Shown: piece by piece, positions 1 to 8,213 of the stretch
Numbering within the stretch: position 1 is the first letter of the stretch
How the letters are laid out: every line of letters begins with the position of its first letter
The notes under the pieces: model-generated
Database searches by the model: none
Seen by the model: the letters and a program-made list of their open reading frames with translations, nothing else
What the model was told of the DNA's origin: nothing
Program-made: the position numbers and the translations under genes
Assembly: GCA_024720975.1 (NCBI GenBank)
Contig: JANJXX010000001.1
Span: 319,408 to 383,407, forward strand
Length of the DNA stretch: 64,000 nt
Source: Thermoproteota archaeon
GTDB taxonomy: Archaea > Asgardarchaeota > Njordarchaeia > Njordarchaeales > Panguiarchaeaceae
Direction: 5' to 3'

Positions 1-251
1 CAATTAAAACTCTCAGGCTCTACTCCGCATAGCGACTTTAATTTTCGGCAGAGATTATAACGATTATTACATTAGACTAAACTTCAAGAAGTGTTCTTGA
101 TAAAGACGCGCAAAACACCCCGAAATAATTAGTATCAAATACACCTTCGCATTCACAAATCTTGAGGAAGGAAAGTACTGCACTAGTTATAAAGTCCACA
201 CAGTTCAATTGCTGTGCTGATATGCCAATCAAGATGAAGAAATTAGGAAAG

Positions 252-402
252 TCGGCCCGGGGGGATTTGAACCCCCGACCTACCGGTGTCTGCAAGATTT
301 ACAATACTACATAACATGTACGAGCGGCTACTGAGTACCCTCCGGGAGTTAGCTCACCGGAGGGCTACAGCCGGCCGCTCTAGTCCGCTGAGCTACGGGC
401 CG
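252..402 (-). tRNA. tRNA-Tyr(GUA) with a 77-nt intron at 37/38 (intron 288-364)
   Basis: Minus strand folds as CGGCCCG-TA-GCTC...GAGC-G-GCCGG-CT-GTA-G|intron|A-CCGGT-AGGTC-GGGGG-TTCAAAT-CCCCC-CGGGCCG-A. It has the C1-G72 pair of archaeal tRNA-Tyr. The splice motif has central helix CTGT/GCAG with bulges AG|C and AC|A. CCA is not encoded. Confidence 0.95.
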
Positions 403-418
403 TGTGAACTCCTAGTAG

Positions 419-512
419 TGGGGGCGAGGGGATTTGAACCCCCGATCTACCGGTCGCTCCTATTTTTCAGCAACTGGAGCCGGCCGCGTTCACCTGGCTA
501 CGCCACGCCCCC
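419..512 (-). tRNA. tRNA-Trp(CCA) with a 19-nt intron (455-473)
   Basis: Acceptor stem GGGGGCG/CGCCCCC-A, anticodon loop CT-CCA-G|TTGCTGAAAAATAGGAGCG|A, BHB central helix CTCC/GGAG, T-loop TTCAAAT. Confidence 0.95.
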
Positions 513-779
513 TTCGACTTTAATTGAAGGACACATCAATGCTATAATATTTCTATACACTACATCCTTTAAAAAGTTAAGATTCGCTATTTCGATTTTC
601 TGACTGTTGCTTGTTACTACAATCGATCGATTATACAAGCAAAGCTAAAGAGGGTATGCTGCACGGACTCGTATTAAAAGCAGGGTTTTAAATTCCTTAT
701 TATTGCCACATTAATAAATGTCTAAAAGTAAATATCTACATTTCTGCATGCTAATAGCTCGTTTTTACATTTACGGTTT

Positions 780-1463
780 GTGATCATAATGGCAGAAGTT
801 AGCCTTACTACATTAGCTAAAGAGGCAATAGAACTAAAGAAGAAAATTGATGAACTTGCGCAAAAAGTAAACGACTTAGATATTTTTATGCGAGAAGTTG
901 TTATGGTTCTAATCGACGTAATAAACACTACACACGCTACCATCGATGAACTCGAAAAAAGAACTGATAATATAGAGCAAGTTCTGCTTGGTAAAAAACC
1001 CTTGGAGGCTCTAAAACTGGAAGCCCGCGAGATTGAGAGCGCTAAGGCACCAGAGACTCCTATAGAAATACCAACTGGGGGACCAAGACCACCATCAACT
1101 CCACCTCCAATAGAACCGATAGAGAAAGTACACACTCCAGAAAGTACGCCTACTACGCAGGGCACTATGATTGAATATAAGCAACCGTCCCTTCCTACGC
1201 CTCAGAGCCAGTTAACACCAAGGGAGGCCATCCCACAAGCACAACAGATACAGAGCCCGCAAGAACTACCTAAACCACCAATAACACAGCCCATGACTCA
1301 ACCAACCCAGATGCCTTCACAGCAAGCTGGCATTCAAACTAGTCAGCAGACTACTCCCGCCCCAACCCCTGCTCCAAGCCCAGTCCCTCCGGGTCTTCAC
1401 GGACGCTTAGAAGTTATATTCCAGCTTAAGGAAGCCTTAGCTAAGAGGAAGAAACAGACTTGA
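780..1463 (+). CDS. Hypothetical protein: coiled coil, Pro/Gln/Thr-rich linker and C-terminal amphipathic basic helix
   Basis: Heptad-like N-terminus (LAKEAIELKKKIDELAQKVNDL), many PxxP/PPP tracts, C-terminus GRLEVIFQLKEALAKRKK. Confidence 0.8.
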   Translation: MIIMAEVSLTTLAKEAIELKKKIDELAQKVNDLDIFMREVVMVLIDVINTTHATIDELEKRTDNIEQVLLGKKPLEALKLEAREIESAKAPETPIEIPTGGPRPPSTPPPIEPIEKVHTPESTPTTQGTMIEYKQPSLPTPQSQLTPREAIPQAQQIQSPQELPKPPITQPMTQPTQMPSQQAGIQTSQQTTPAPTPAPSPVPPGLHGRLEVIFQLKEALAKRKKQT

Positions 1464-1491
1464 CTTTTGCTACATTTAAACAAACTACCAG

Positions 1492-2016
1492 TTGATAGGA
1501 TTGGTTAGGGAGATCTCACTTCTGGGAGCAGTGATTGACGATACTATTGCAAGAGAGATTTATGAGTACATTAGCCGCACTATTAGCAAATTTCAAACAA
1601 ACTTTCATGAAGTTTATGCGAAAGCTGTAAGTTATGTCATAACTGGTAAGGTTAGCCTACTAAATTGTCATACAACAAAAAAAGCGCTGATACAACTGCT
1701 GTTTATGGTTGGTGACAATGACAGAATTACGCTAATATCCTTTAACAGGTTCCAAAAATTTGCTCCGATTTATGCTTCGGCCTATTGTTCATGTCCAGAC
1801 TTTGTTTTTAATGTAAAAAAAGACCACGGAAGACCCTTTTGTGCTCACATTATTGCCGGGTTTCTATGCCTGAAGAGTGCACTAGGTAGCATTCTTGAAA
1901 CTTCAGATTTATCATATAGATGTGCGCTTGATAGACACAATCTAAGTGCCATTGAGGCAGTTCACATATGTGTTGATAGGTTGCTTAGTGAAAAACACCA
2001 TGAAAAAGAAGACTAA
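1492..2016 (+). CDS. SWIM zinc-finger protein
   Basis: CSCPDF...PFCAHII matches CxC-x(n)-CxH. Confidence 0.75.
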   Translation: MIGLVREISLLGAVIDDTIAREIYEYISRTISKFQTNFHEVYAKAVSYVITGKVSLLNCHTTKKALIQLLFMVGDNDRITLISFNRFQKFAPIYASAYCSCPDFVFNVKKDHGRPFCAHIIAGFLCLKSALGSILETSDLSYRCALDRHNLSAIEAVHICVDRLLSEKHHEKED

Positions 2017-2443
2017 AACTAAAATCCTCGTCGCGGGCACATTCGACATAATCCACTCTGGTCATATAAAGTTCTTATATGCTGCCAAGAGTCTTGCCAA
2101 TGACTCGGAACTAATCGTCGTGGTTGCACGCGACAGAAACGTCAAACGCATAAAGGGTCATGAACCCATATTTGGCGAAACCGAAAGACTTGAGATAGTC
2201 AGCGCACTTAAACCCGTGGATAAGGCAATTCTAGGGCTCGATTCAGATAATATTTTCGAAATCCTTAAGGTTATTAAACCTGACATAGTAGCGCTAGGAT
2301 ACGACCAAAAAATATCCGAAAGTGAGTTAATTACCTGGGCAGAGAGGCAGGGACTTAAACTCAAAATTGTCAGATTACCTAAATTCAGTGCTGGTATAAG
2401 TTCATCGTCAGAAGTCCGCCGCAAGTTAATGGAAAAAGATTGA
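2000..2443 (+). CDS. ribL: FAD synthase (cytidylyltransferase family)
   Basis: GTFDIIHSGH (HxGH), VVVARD and PDIVALGYDQ motifs. Start moved to ATG 2000. Confidence 0.88.
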   Translation: MKKKTKTKILVAGTFDIIHSGHIKFLYAAKSLANDSELIVVVARDRNVKRIKGHEPIFGETERLEIVSALKPVDKAILGLDSDNIFEILKVIKPDIVALGYDQKISESELITWAERQGLKLKIVRLPKFSAGISSSSEVRRKLMEKD

Positions 2444-2635
2444 TACCATACATAATTTTGTTTTAATCTCAAATGTGAAGCCTTCTTGGTTATGACCCAG
2501 TCTTGGTTTAACGATAGCCAACAATCTGTGTTATTATTTATATTTTTATGTATATTGTAAGACTACCAATAGCAAGTCCTTATCAACCACGCGTCATGAT
2601 AACTATTTTTCCTTCGCCGCTATAAGAAAATATAA

Positions 2636-3196
2636 TTGGTGATCTCCATGACAGAAAGAAAGCAGTTTTCAACAGGACTTGTAATCGCTGCTGGTTATGC
2701 TAGCAAGTTAAGGCGCACACTGTTAGCACAAACTAGACACTTAGTGGATCCGAGGGATGCTATACGAATTTCAGCGCTGATAAATCAGCATCTGTTTAAT
2801 CTCTTTCGCGAAAAAGGCGTTGATAAACAAGATGCTGTCCGGATACGATTCATATACACTATCAAAGACGGAAAAATAGATATCGACTGGAATTCTTTCA
2901 CGATTGAGCATTACAAGAAAGTACTAACTCTTGAGAAGATTCCACCTCCGGAGCACGGACTAGAGGAAGTTATCAAAAACGTTAGAGAGCTAGAGTGGGA
3001 TGAAGATATTTTTAGGAACCTTAAAGTCGAAGGCGAGGAAGTACGAAACGAAGGACGAAAGTGGATTATTAAAGGAAAGAACTGGCTGGCAGAAGCCTAT
3101 GAGAAAGAAAAAATAATAATAACCTACACAGGAACTATGGGAGAATTTGGAGATTGGCTGAGAAAAATCCTAGGCTGGAAAGAGGAGGGAGAGTAA
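2636..3196 (+). CDS. ThermoDBP/DUF2258-family ssDNA-binding protein with C-terminal extension
   Basis: STGLVIAAGYASKLRRTL and DKQDAVRIRF...IDIDW match the DUF2258 signature. Confidence 0.8.
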   Translation: MVISMTERKQFSTGLVIAAGYASKLRRTLLAQTRHLVDPRDAIRISALINQHLFNLFREKGVDKQDAVRIRFIYTIKDGKIDIDWNSFTIEHYKKVLTLEKIPPPEHGLEEVIKNVRELEWDEDIFRNLKVEGEEVRNEGRKWIIKGKNWLAEAYEKEKIIITYTGTMGEFGDWLRKILGWKEEGE

Positions 3197-3197
3197 T

Positions 3198-3503
3198 TTG
3201 GTAGAGGAAAAGCAGATCCCCTTAGAGGAGGCTAAGAAACTTGTTCAAGAGGCTTTGGTCAGCACTGGCTTAGTCATTAAAACCTCTGACTATATATACG
3301 CTATCTACGAAAAAGCACCTGACAAATGGATTAACGTTTCGATAATTCTTGACGAAAAAACTGCGTGGGTTTCCGAAGCGACTACGAAAAAAGCTATTCT
3401 TCTACTTATTGATGAAGTTAGCAAATCTTTACCTCAATACAAAGATCAATGGAAACCTATCCTAGACGAAGCCGAGCTAGAAGATATATTATCAGAAGTC
3501 TAA
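3198..3503 (+). CDS. Hypothetical protein, probably co-transcribed with the DUF2258 gene
   Basis: Starts 1 nt after the upstream stop, with purine-rich GAGGAGGGAG upstream and protein-like composition. Confidence 0.7.
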   Translation: MVEEKQIPLEEAKKLVQEALVSTGLVIKTSDYIYAIYEKAPDKWINVSIILDEKTAWVSEATTKKAILLLIDEVSKSLPQYKDQWKPILDEAELEDILSEV

Positions 3504-3594
3504 TTCGATAAAGCTAGTCACACTAACTTATTATTTTTTCAGAAGAAATATTGCCAAAAATTCATAGCTTAATTAAACACGCTGGGACGATAAA

Positions 3595-4560
3595 ATGCAT
3601 CATGTTGGTTCAGACAAGACGCCAATAACTACAATTCGAGAGAAAGCGCTTTATCCGGTCGGTGAATATAAGGTTATATCAGCTGATGTTTTAATGCGAT
3701 TTCTTGACACTAAAGAAACCATCGAAGAGCACCTAGCGGGTTTGATTAAAGACATCCTAAAAGAAGCACTAGAACTTTTCTCGAGGATTCCTGCTAAAGA
3801 AGGATTAACGTTAAATATACCAATGGGGCATCGATATACTAGGTTTATATACGTAGTCGACCCGCAAACGATTTACATACCTTATCACTACCACGATCCA
3901 ACCATCTATGGAATATATCTTAGAGAAAAGAACACCTACGATGATGCAGAGGCGTTTTTAAGGCTTGCATGGAATCTATTACAGGATGATAGATTTCTTG
4001 ACAGATTAAAGATTTCAGAAGTTGATCGAAGCTACATAAAAATCTTTACGAAACACCCAGTTCTAGGTCTAAGCACTCTTATAGTGCTATATATCGAGGC
4101 TTTATACCTCCATGCACTCGCACATCATGTCGTTGAGGATGTATCAACTTTATTCGAGTTCAATAATCTAGGCGAATATTCAATTATCAAAGATTCAAAA
4201 GAAGAAGAAGCATTTTGTGAGTTTGTTATGTACAATTCGATGCATGGTGCACTTGAGCCTAATATTGCATACAAGCTCTTATGCAAAATGCGCGATATTA
4301 TGATAATACCTCCTATTGCGCTGGATGATGCAATGCGCTTTCTCAGGTCACACCGACGCGCTTTTGTAGCTGCCCTCTATATACATAAAAACAAAACTGT
4401 CTACAAGGACTATCCATTCCTAAAACCAGCCGTAAGCGAAGAGATAGCTAAAAAGATATCTCCTTTATTTAGAAGTTTATGGTATGCTCACGTGCTTGAT
4501 CATGAACCTCTAGAAATTGATGAAAGTGTAAGCAAACGAGTCTTTACAATAAATTTATAA
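3595..4560 (+). CDS. Zincin-like protein with a degenerate HAxxH motif
   Basis: LHALAHHVVED followed about 20 aa later by EEEAFCE. Confidence 0.55.
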   Translation: MHHVGSDKTPITTIREKALYPVGEYKVISADVLMRFLDTKETIEEHLAGLIKDILKEALELFSRIPAKEGLTLNIPMGHRYTRFIYVVDPQTIYIPYHYHDPTIYGIYLREKNTYDDAEAFLRLAWNLLQDDRFLDRLKISEVDRSYIKIFTKHPVLGLSTLIVLYIEALYLHALAHHVVEDVSTLFEFNNLGEYSIIKDSKEEEAFCEFVMYNSMHGALEPNIAYKLLCKMRDIMIIPPIALDDAMRFLRSHRRAFVAALYIHKNKTVYKDYPFLKPAVSEEIAKKISPLFRSLWYAHVLDHEPLEIDESVSKRVFTINL

Positions 4561-4601
4561 ATCTAGCTAGTGCATTCATTTTTTATCGTATTTCTAAGAA
4601 A

Positions 4602-5660
4602 CTACTCCTGGGTACTGGTCTCTTCTTCTAAATCTTCCTCAGCATCTCTAATGCCATCATAAGCTATTCTAAACACGACTTCGGATTCTGGAAGGTATGG
4701 ACTATCTTCTACGCGTGCGATTCTTTTATCACCTTTAGCTTTACGTAGGTGCAGCCTATGAGTTACATGATGTGCTACTATATGTCCCCCAATAGCTGAC
4801 ATTTGCGGACCAAAGAAAGCACCAGGATTTGCCATAACTTGATTTGTTACTACAACAGCTAAATTAAATGCCCAGGCTAGTCTAGCTAAATCGTGTATAT
4901 GAACATTAAGTTGCTGCTGACGGATGGCTAGTTGGTCTATTCCTACGTATTCGGATCTAAAAAGTGCGGTAAGGCTATCTACGATTATTAGCCTTATGTT
5001 TTCCTTCTTTATCAACTTGCGAGCAATTTTGGCAACCTCCATTTGCTGGCTAGTGGAGAATACTCTGGCTACTATTATTCTACTCAAAGCATCATCTGGA
5101 TCAAGACCAAATCTCTGTGCTATGGGTATTATTCTTTCTGGCCTGAAGGTTCCTTCTGTGTCTATAAAGAGACACTTACCGTTGAGACCCCCCTTCTCCT
5201 CCGGCAGCTGCACAGTGGTTGCAAGTGTAAAGCAAATCTGTGTTTTTCCAACTCTATACTCCCCGTAAAATTCAGTTATTGCTTGTGTTTCTATACCTCC
5301 TCCCAGTAAATCATCAAGGGCTTTTGAACCTGTCGTTAACCTCTTGACATTCTTTCTGATTTGGAGCATGTCTCGAGCACTGATAAAGTCAAGCCCAACG
5401 TGTTCTCTTGCTTGTTGTACGATTTTTTCTGCCAATGCTGGCGATAACTGACACTCTACTTCGAGAATCTTCGGTGGGGTAACTGCAATTATTTCAAGAT
5501 TAGTGTATCCTTGAGAAATGAGTTTTTGAGCTGTAGCTTTTCCCACACCCGCGAGAGATGTCAATATTTTCATTGCATCATCTTGCTGTTCTGGTGTTTG
5601 TTCTTTGGGGCTACTTTCTACTGGCTCCGTTTTCCTTTTCTGAGATCCTCTAGAGGACAT
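4602..5660 (-). CDS. radA: DNA repair and recombination protein RadA
   Basis: N-terminal HhH (LAGVGKATA), Walker A GEYRVGKTQ, IDTEGTFRPER, LIIVDS, GGHIVAH. Confidence 0.97.
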   Translation of the reverse strand: MSSRGSQKRKTEPVESSPKEQTPEQQDDAMKILTSLAGVGKATAQKLISQGYTNLEIIAVTPPKILEVECQLSPALAEKIVQQAREHVGLDFISARDMLQIRKNVKRLTTGSKALDDLLGGGIETQAITEFYGEYRVGKTQICFTLATTVQLPEEKGGLNGKCLFIDTEGTFRPERIIPIAQRFGLDPDDALSRIIVARVFSTSQQMEVAKIARKLIKKENIRLIIVDSLTALFRSEYVGIDQLAIRQQQLNVHIHDLARLAWAFNLAVVVTNQVMANPGAFFGPQMSAIGGHIVAHHVTHRLHLRKAKGDKRIARVEDSPYLPESEVVFRIAYDGIRDAEEDLEEETSTQE

Positions 5661-5948
5661 ATTTTTCGCCTATGTTTTATGTTTACTGGTGTCGCTTCAC
5701 ACTCTAGCACTTAATAGACCAAGCAATAATAAATACAACTTTCAGATATTAAAGTTGAACATTATAATTTGACGCAATGTAGCTTGTCTACCAATCGTGA
5801 TAACTTAAGTGGATTACACATGCTTATGCAACACTACACAGAATTCTTGGTAGCTGTATTGGCTATATCACTCCAAATATATTTTTGTGGAGCTTTTTTT
5901 AACGGATTTCACTAAAAAATAAGAAATAAAGAACGAAAATCAGAACCT

Positions 5949-6647
5949 TTAATCACTTATGTTCTTGAACCAATTTTTGATCCTGCTAACTTCTTCCTTG
6001 CTCACTTTTCCTTCTTCGTAGCAGAACCACCAATCATAGCATTTGAACTTTGTGGGCCTCTCCTGCGCTTCATTTACAGTCTTTGCTGGAGGCACGATTA
6101 TAGAGTCCTTGATTAGCTCATTACTAGGCCAGTTTGCTGGAAAGGCTCTTTTCAGTTCTGTGTTTAATTGAAGTATTCTTAATAGTCTTAATATCTCACT
6201 TATGTTCCTACCCGCCTCCTGTGGATAATATAAAACAGCTCTAACAATGCCCTCTGGATCAACTATTATCACTGCCCTAACTGTACTAGTAGCACTTTGT
6301 GCGTGGAGGAATCCCAGTTTCTTAGCAACCTCGCCATTTGGATCTGAGATTATTGGGAATGGTATTTCAACACGAAGTTTTTCCTTTATCCACTCGATCC
6401 ACTTTATGTGCGCAAATACAGCATCAACGCTATGCCCAAGTAGTTCCGCATTGAGTCTTCTGAATTCTTCAATTTTATTAGCGAACGCTACAAATTCCGT
6501 TGTACACACCGGTGTAAAATCAGCGGGGTGACTAAATAGTATCAACCATTTGCCACGATAGTCATCTGGTAGTTTCTTAGCTCCATGCGTAGTTTCCACG
6601 ACAATCTCGGGAAACTTCTCTCCGATTAAGGGAATTGTACCAGGCAT
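5949..6647 (-). CDS. Peroxiredoxin (archaeal AhpC/Prx6 type)
   Basis: [15 protein letters not shown] and C-terminal CYDWWFC. Strong Shine-Dalgarno GGAGGTGAT at 6651-6659. Confidence 0.96.
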   Translation of the reverse strand: MPGTIPLIGEKFPEIVVETTHGAKKLPDDYRGKWLILFSHPADFTPVCTTEFVAFANKIEEFRRLNAELLGHSVDAVFAHIKWIEWIKEKLRVEIPFPIISDPNGEVAKKLGFLHAQSATSTVRAVIIVDPEGIVRAVLYYPQEAGRNISEILRLLRILQLNTELKRAFPANWPSNELIKDSIIVPPAKTVNEAQERPTKFKCYDWWFCYEEGKVSKEEVSRIKNWFKNISD

Positions 6648-6694
6648 ACGATCACCTCCGATAATACTGACATATTGATTATCTAACTATTCGA

Positions 6695-6732
6695 TTTATA
6701 AATTTAACCAATATATTAAAAATCTGATTTTT
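6695..6732 (-). promoter_or_regulatory. Peroxiredoxin TATA box plus upstream 7-1-7 palindrome
   Basis: TTTATAAA at 6695-6702 and AAAAATC-T-GATTTTT at 6718-6732. Confidence 0.45.
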
Positions 6733-6819
6733 TAGGTAAATATTTCGCCGATAATACTAAGAAAAGATAATTCTAGCTTGAAGGAATTGATAGATGTCTT
6801 ATGAAGAATACAGCAAATT

Positions 6820-7302
6820 TTAGAAGTACGCTTCATTTTTAATTACATCGGTTATCATAGCTGGATACACATTTATCACTCCTGGAATTTTCTTCATTTC
6901 CTCGTGAATATGCAAAAGCTCCTCTCCACTTCTAGCCCAAATTACTGCTATCAGATTATGATCCCCGGTTGTTACCGCTAAGTATTTTATATAATCCCTT
7001 TCTTTCAGGCTGTTAATAACATCAATTAGATTTTCAGGTCTAACATTTAGACCAGTGTAGCTTACCTTGGAATAGCCAATTTTTATAGGATCCACTATGG
7101 CTGTGTACCTTAGTATAACTCTATTCTCTTCTAATCTTCTTATCCTTTTTGAGATTGCTACGTCGCTCAAACCAACCTGACGCGCAATTTCAGAGCATGA
7201 TATTCTAGCATTTCTAATGAGGTCCTGAATAATCTTCTTATCTATCTCATCAATCATTTTCATCATCAAGCGTGATACTCTATGCAAATCAGTGAATTTC
7301 AC
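6820..7302 (-). CDS. Lrp/AsnC-family transcriptional regulator
   Basis: IDEIDKKII...NARISCSEIARQVGLS...KRIRRLEE HTH, plus RAM domain with TTGDHNL. True start is probably one of the MMKM ATGs. Confidence 0.93.
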   Translation of the reverse strand: MKFTDLHRVSRLMMKMIDEIDKKIIQDLIRNARISCSEIARQVGLSDVAISKRIRRLEENRVILRYTAIVDPIKIGYSKVSYTGLNVRPENLIDVINSLKERDYIKYLAVTTGDHNLIAVIWARSGEELLHIHEEMKKIPGVINVYPAMITDVIKNEAYF

Positions 7303-7318
7303 TAACAGGATAGAATAA

Positions 7319-7648
7319 GGATTAGTACTAATTAAGCGAACTTTTTGTACAATTTACCAGTATAACAAAGATACAAAAATAGCAAATCCTAACTACATAG
7401 ACTTCAAAGAATTCCCAGCTTTTAAAGATTTAAATCGTTTTTTCAAATTTCTGAAGATCTTCAAGGAAGAAGCAAATCACATATCAGATATAAATCACAT
7501 CGAGAGACTGCCCGAAGTGCTTGGAGCTCTTTATTCTTAGGCCTTTCTCTCTGTAGTTAGAATTTTTAAAGCTATAAAAGAAACGCTAGAATCGCAAGAA
7601 GTCTTTATCTTTGAACCGAAAATAACTAGTACGACGATTCATCATTAG
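7319..7648 (+). pseudogene. Possible degraded gene remnant
   Basis: About 110-codon protein-like frame with no plausible 5' start codon and one internal TAG (7538-7540). Confidence 0.3.
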
Positions 7649-7662
7649 ACCGCCTGTTATTA

Positions 7663-8079
7663 CTAGATGATCTGTGTTGCTATTTTTGCCACGTTAGGAA
7701 AACGCGTAGCGGCTTCTTTAGCTATCGGTCCCTTTACTATCGTTCCTTTTGGATTGCCTTCCTCATCTATGATAACAGCAGCATTGTCTTCAAATGCAAT
7801 CCATGTTCCATCTTTTCTTCGGTATGGCTTTTTCTGTCTGATTATAACGGCACGAAACATCTGATGTCTTACTTCTTCGGTCCCAGTTTTTACGACAATT
7901 ATAACAATGTCTCCAACTCCTGCTTTGGGTAGCCTCCTTTTCCTACCTTTATATCCAAGAACCGAAATTACTTGAGCCGTTTTCGCTCCGCTGTTATCGG
8001 CAACTTCTATCATAGTGTTTGTGATAATACCAGCTGATGTTTTTATCCTAGGCATTTTTACAGCTTTTCTTTTCGGCAA
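7663..8079 (-). CDS. rpl14: 50S ribosomal protein uL14
   Basis: VADNSGAK, AGVGD, FEDNAAVI, KGPIAKEAA. Confidence 0.97.
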   Translation of the reverse strand: MPKRKAVKMPRIKTSAGIITNTMIEVADNSGAKTAQVISVLGYKGRKRRLPKAGVGDIVIIVVKTGTEEVRHQMFRAVIIRQKKPYRRKDGTWIAFEDNAAVIIDEEGNPKGTIVKGPIAKEAATRFPNVAKIATQII

Positions 8080-8213
8080 AGTAAAACACCAACTTTACTC
8101 CTAGTGTTGTTTGATTTATTTAGTGTTGAACTGAAATTTTGTTAATTTATTAAGGATACAATTATTGTCTATACCTCAACGATGTCTTCTGTGGTTCTGA
8201 AGGATCATAAGTT

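Noticed and set aside
455-473. tRNA-Trp intron as a C/D guide, as in Euryarchaeota
   Set aside because: It is only 19 nt. It contains a CUGA but no C box and has no room for guides.
77-603. ORFs 77-295 (-) and 286-603 (+)
   Set aside because: They overlap the two tRNA genes and have no protein motifs, so they are spurious frames.
7538-7540. In-frame TAG as pyrrolysine or read-through
   Set aside because: The frame has no plausible start codon, and other genes in the window use TAG as a normal stop.
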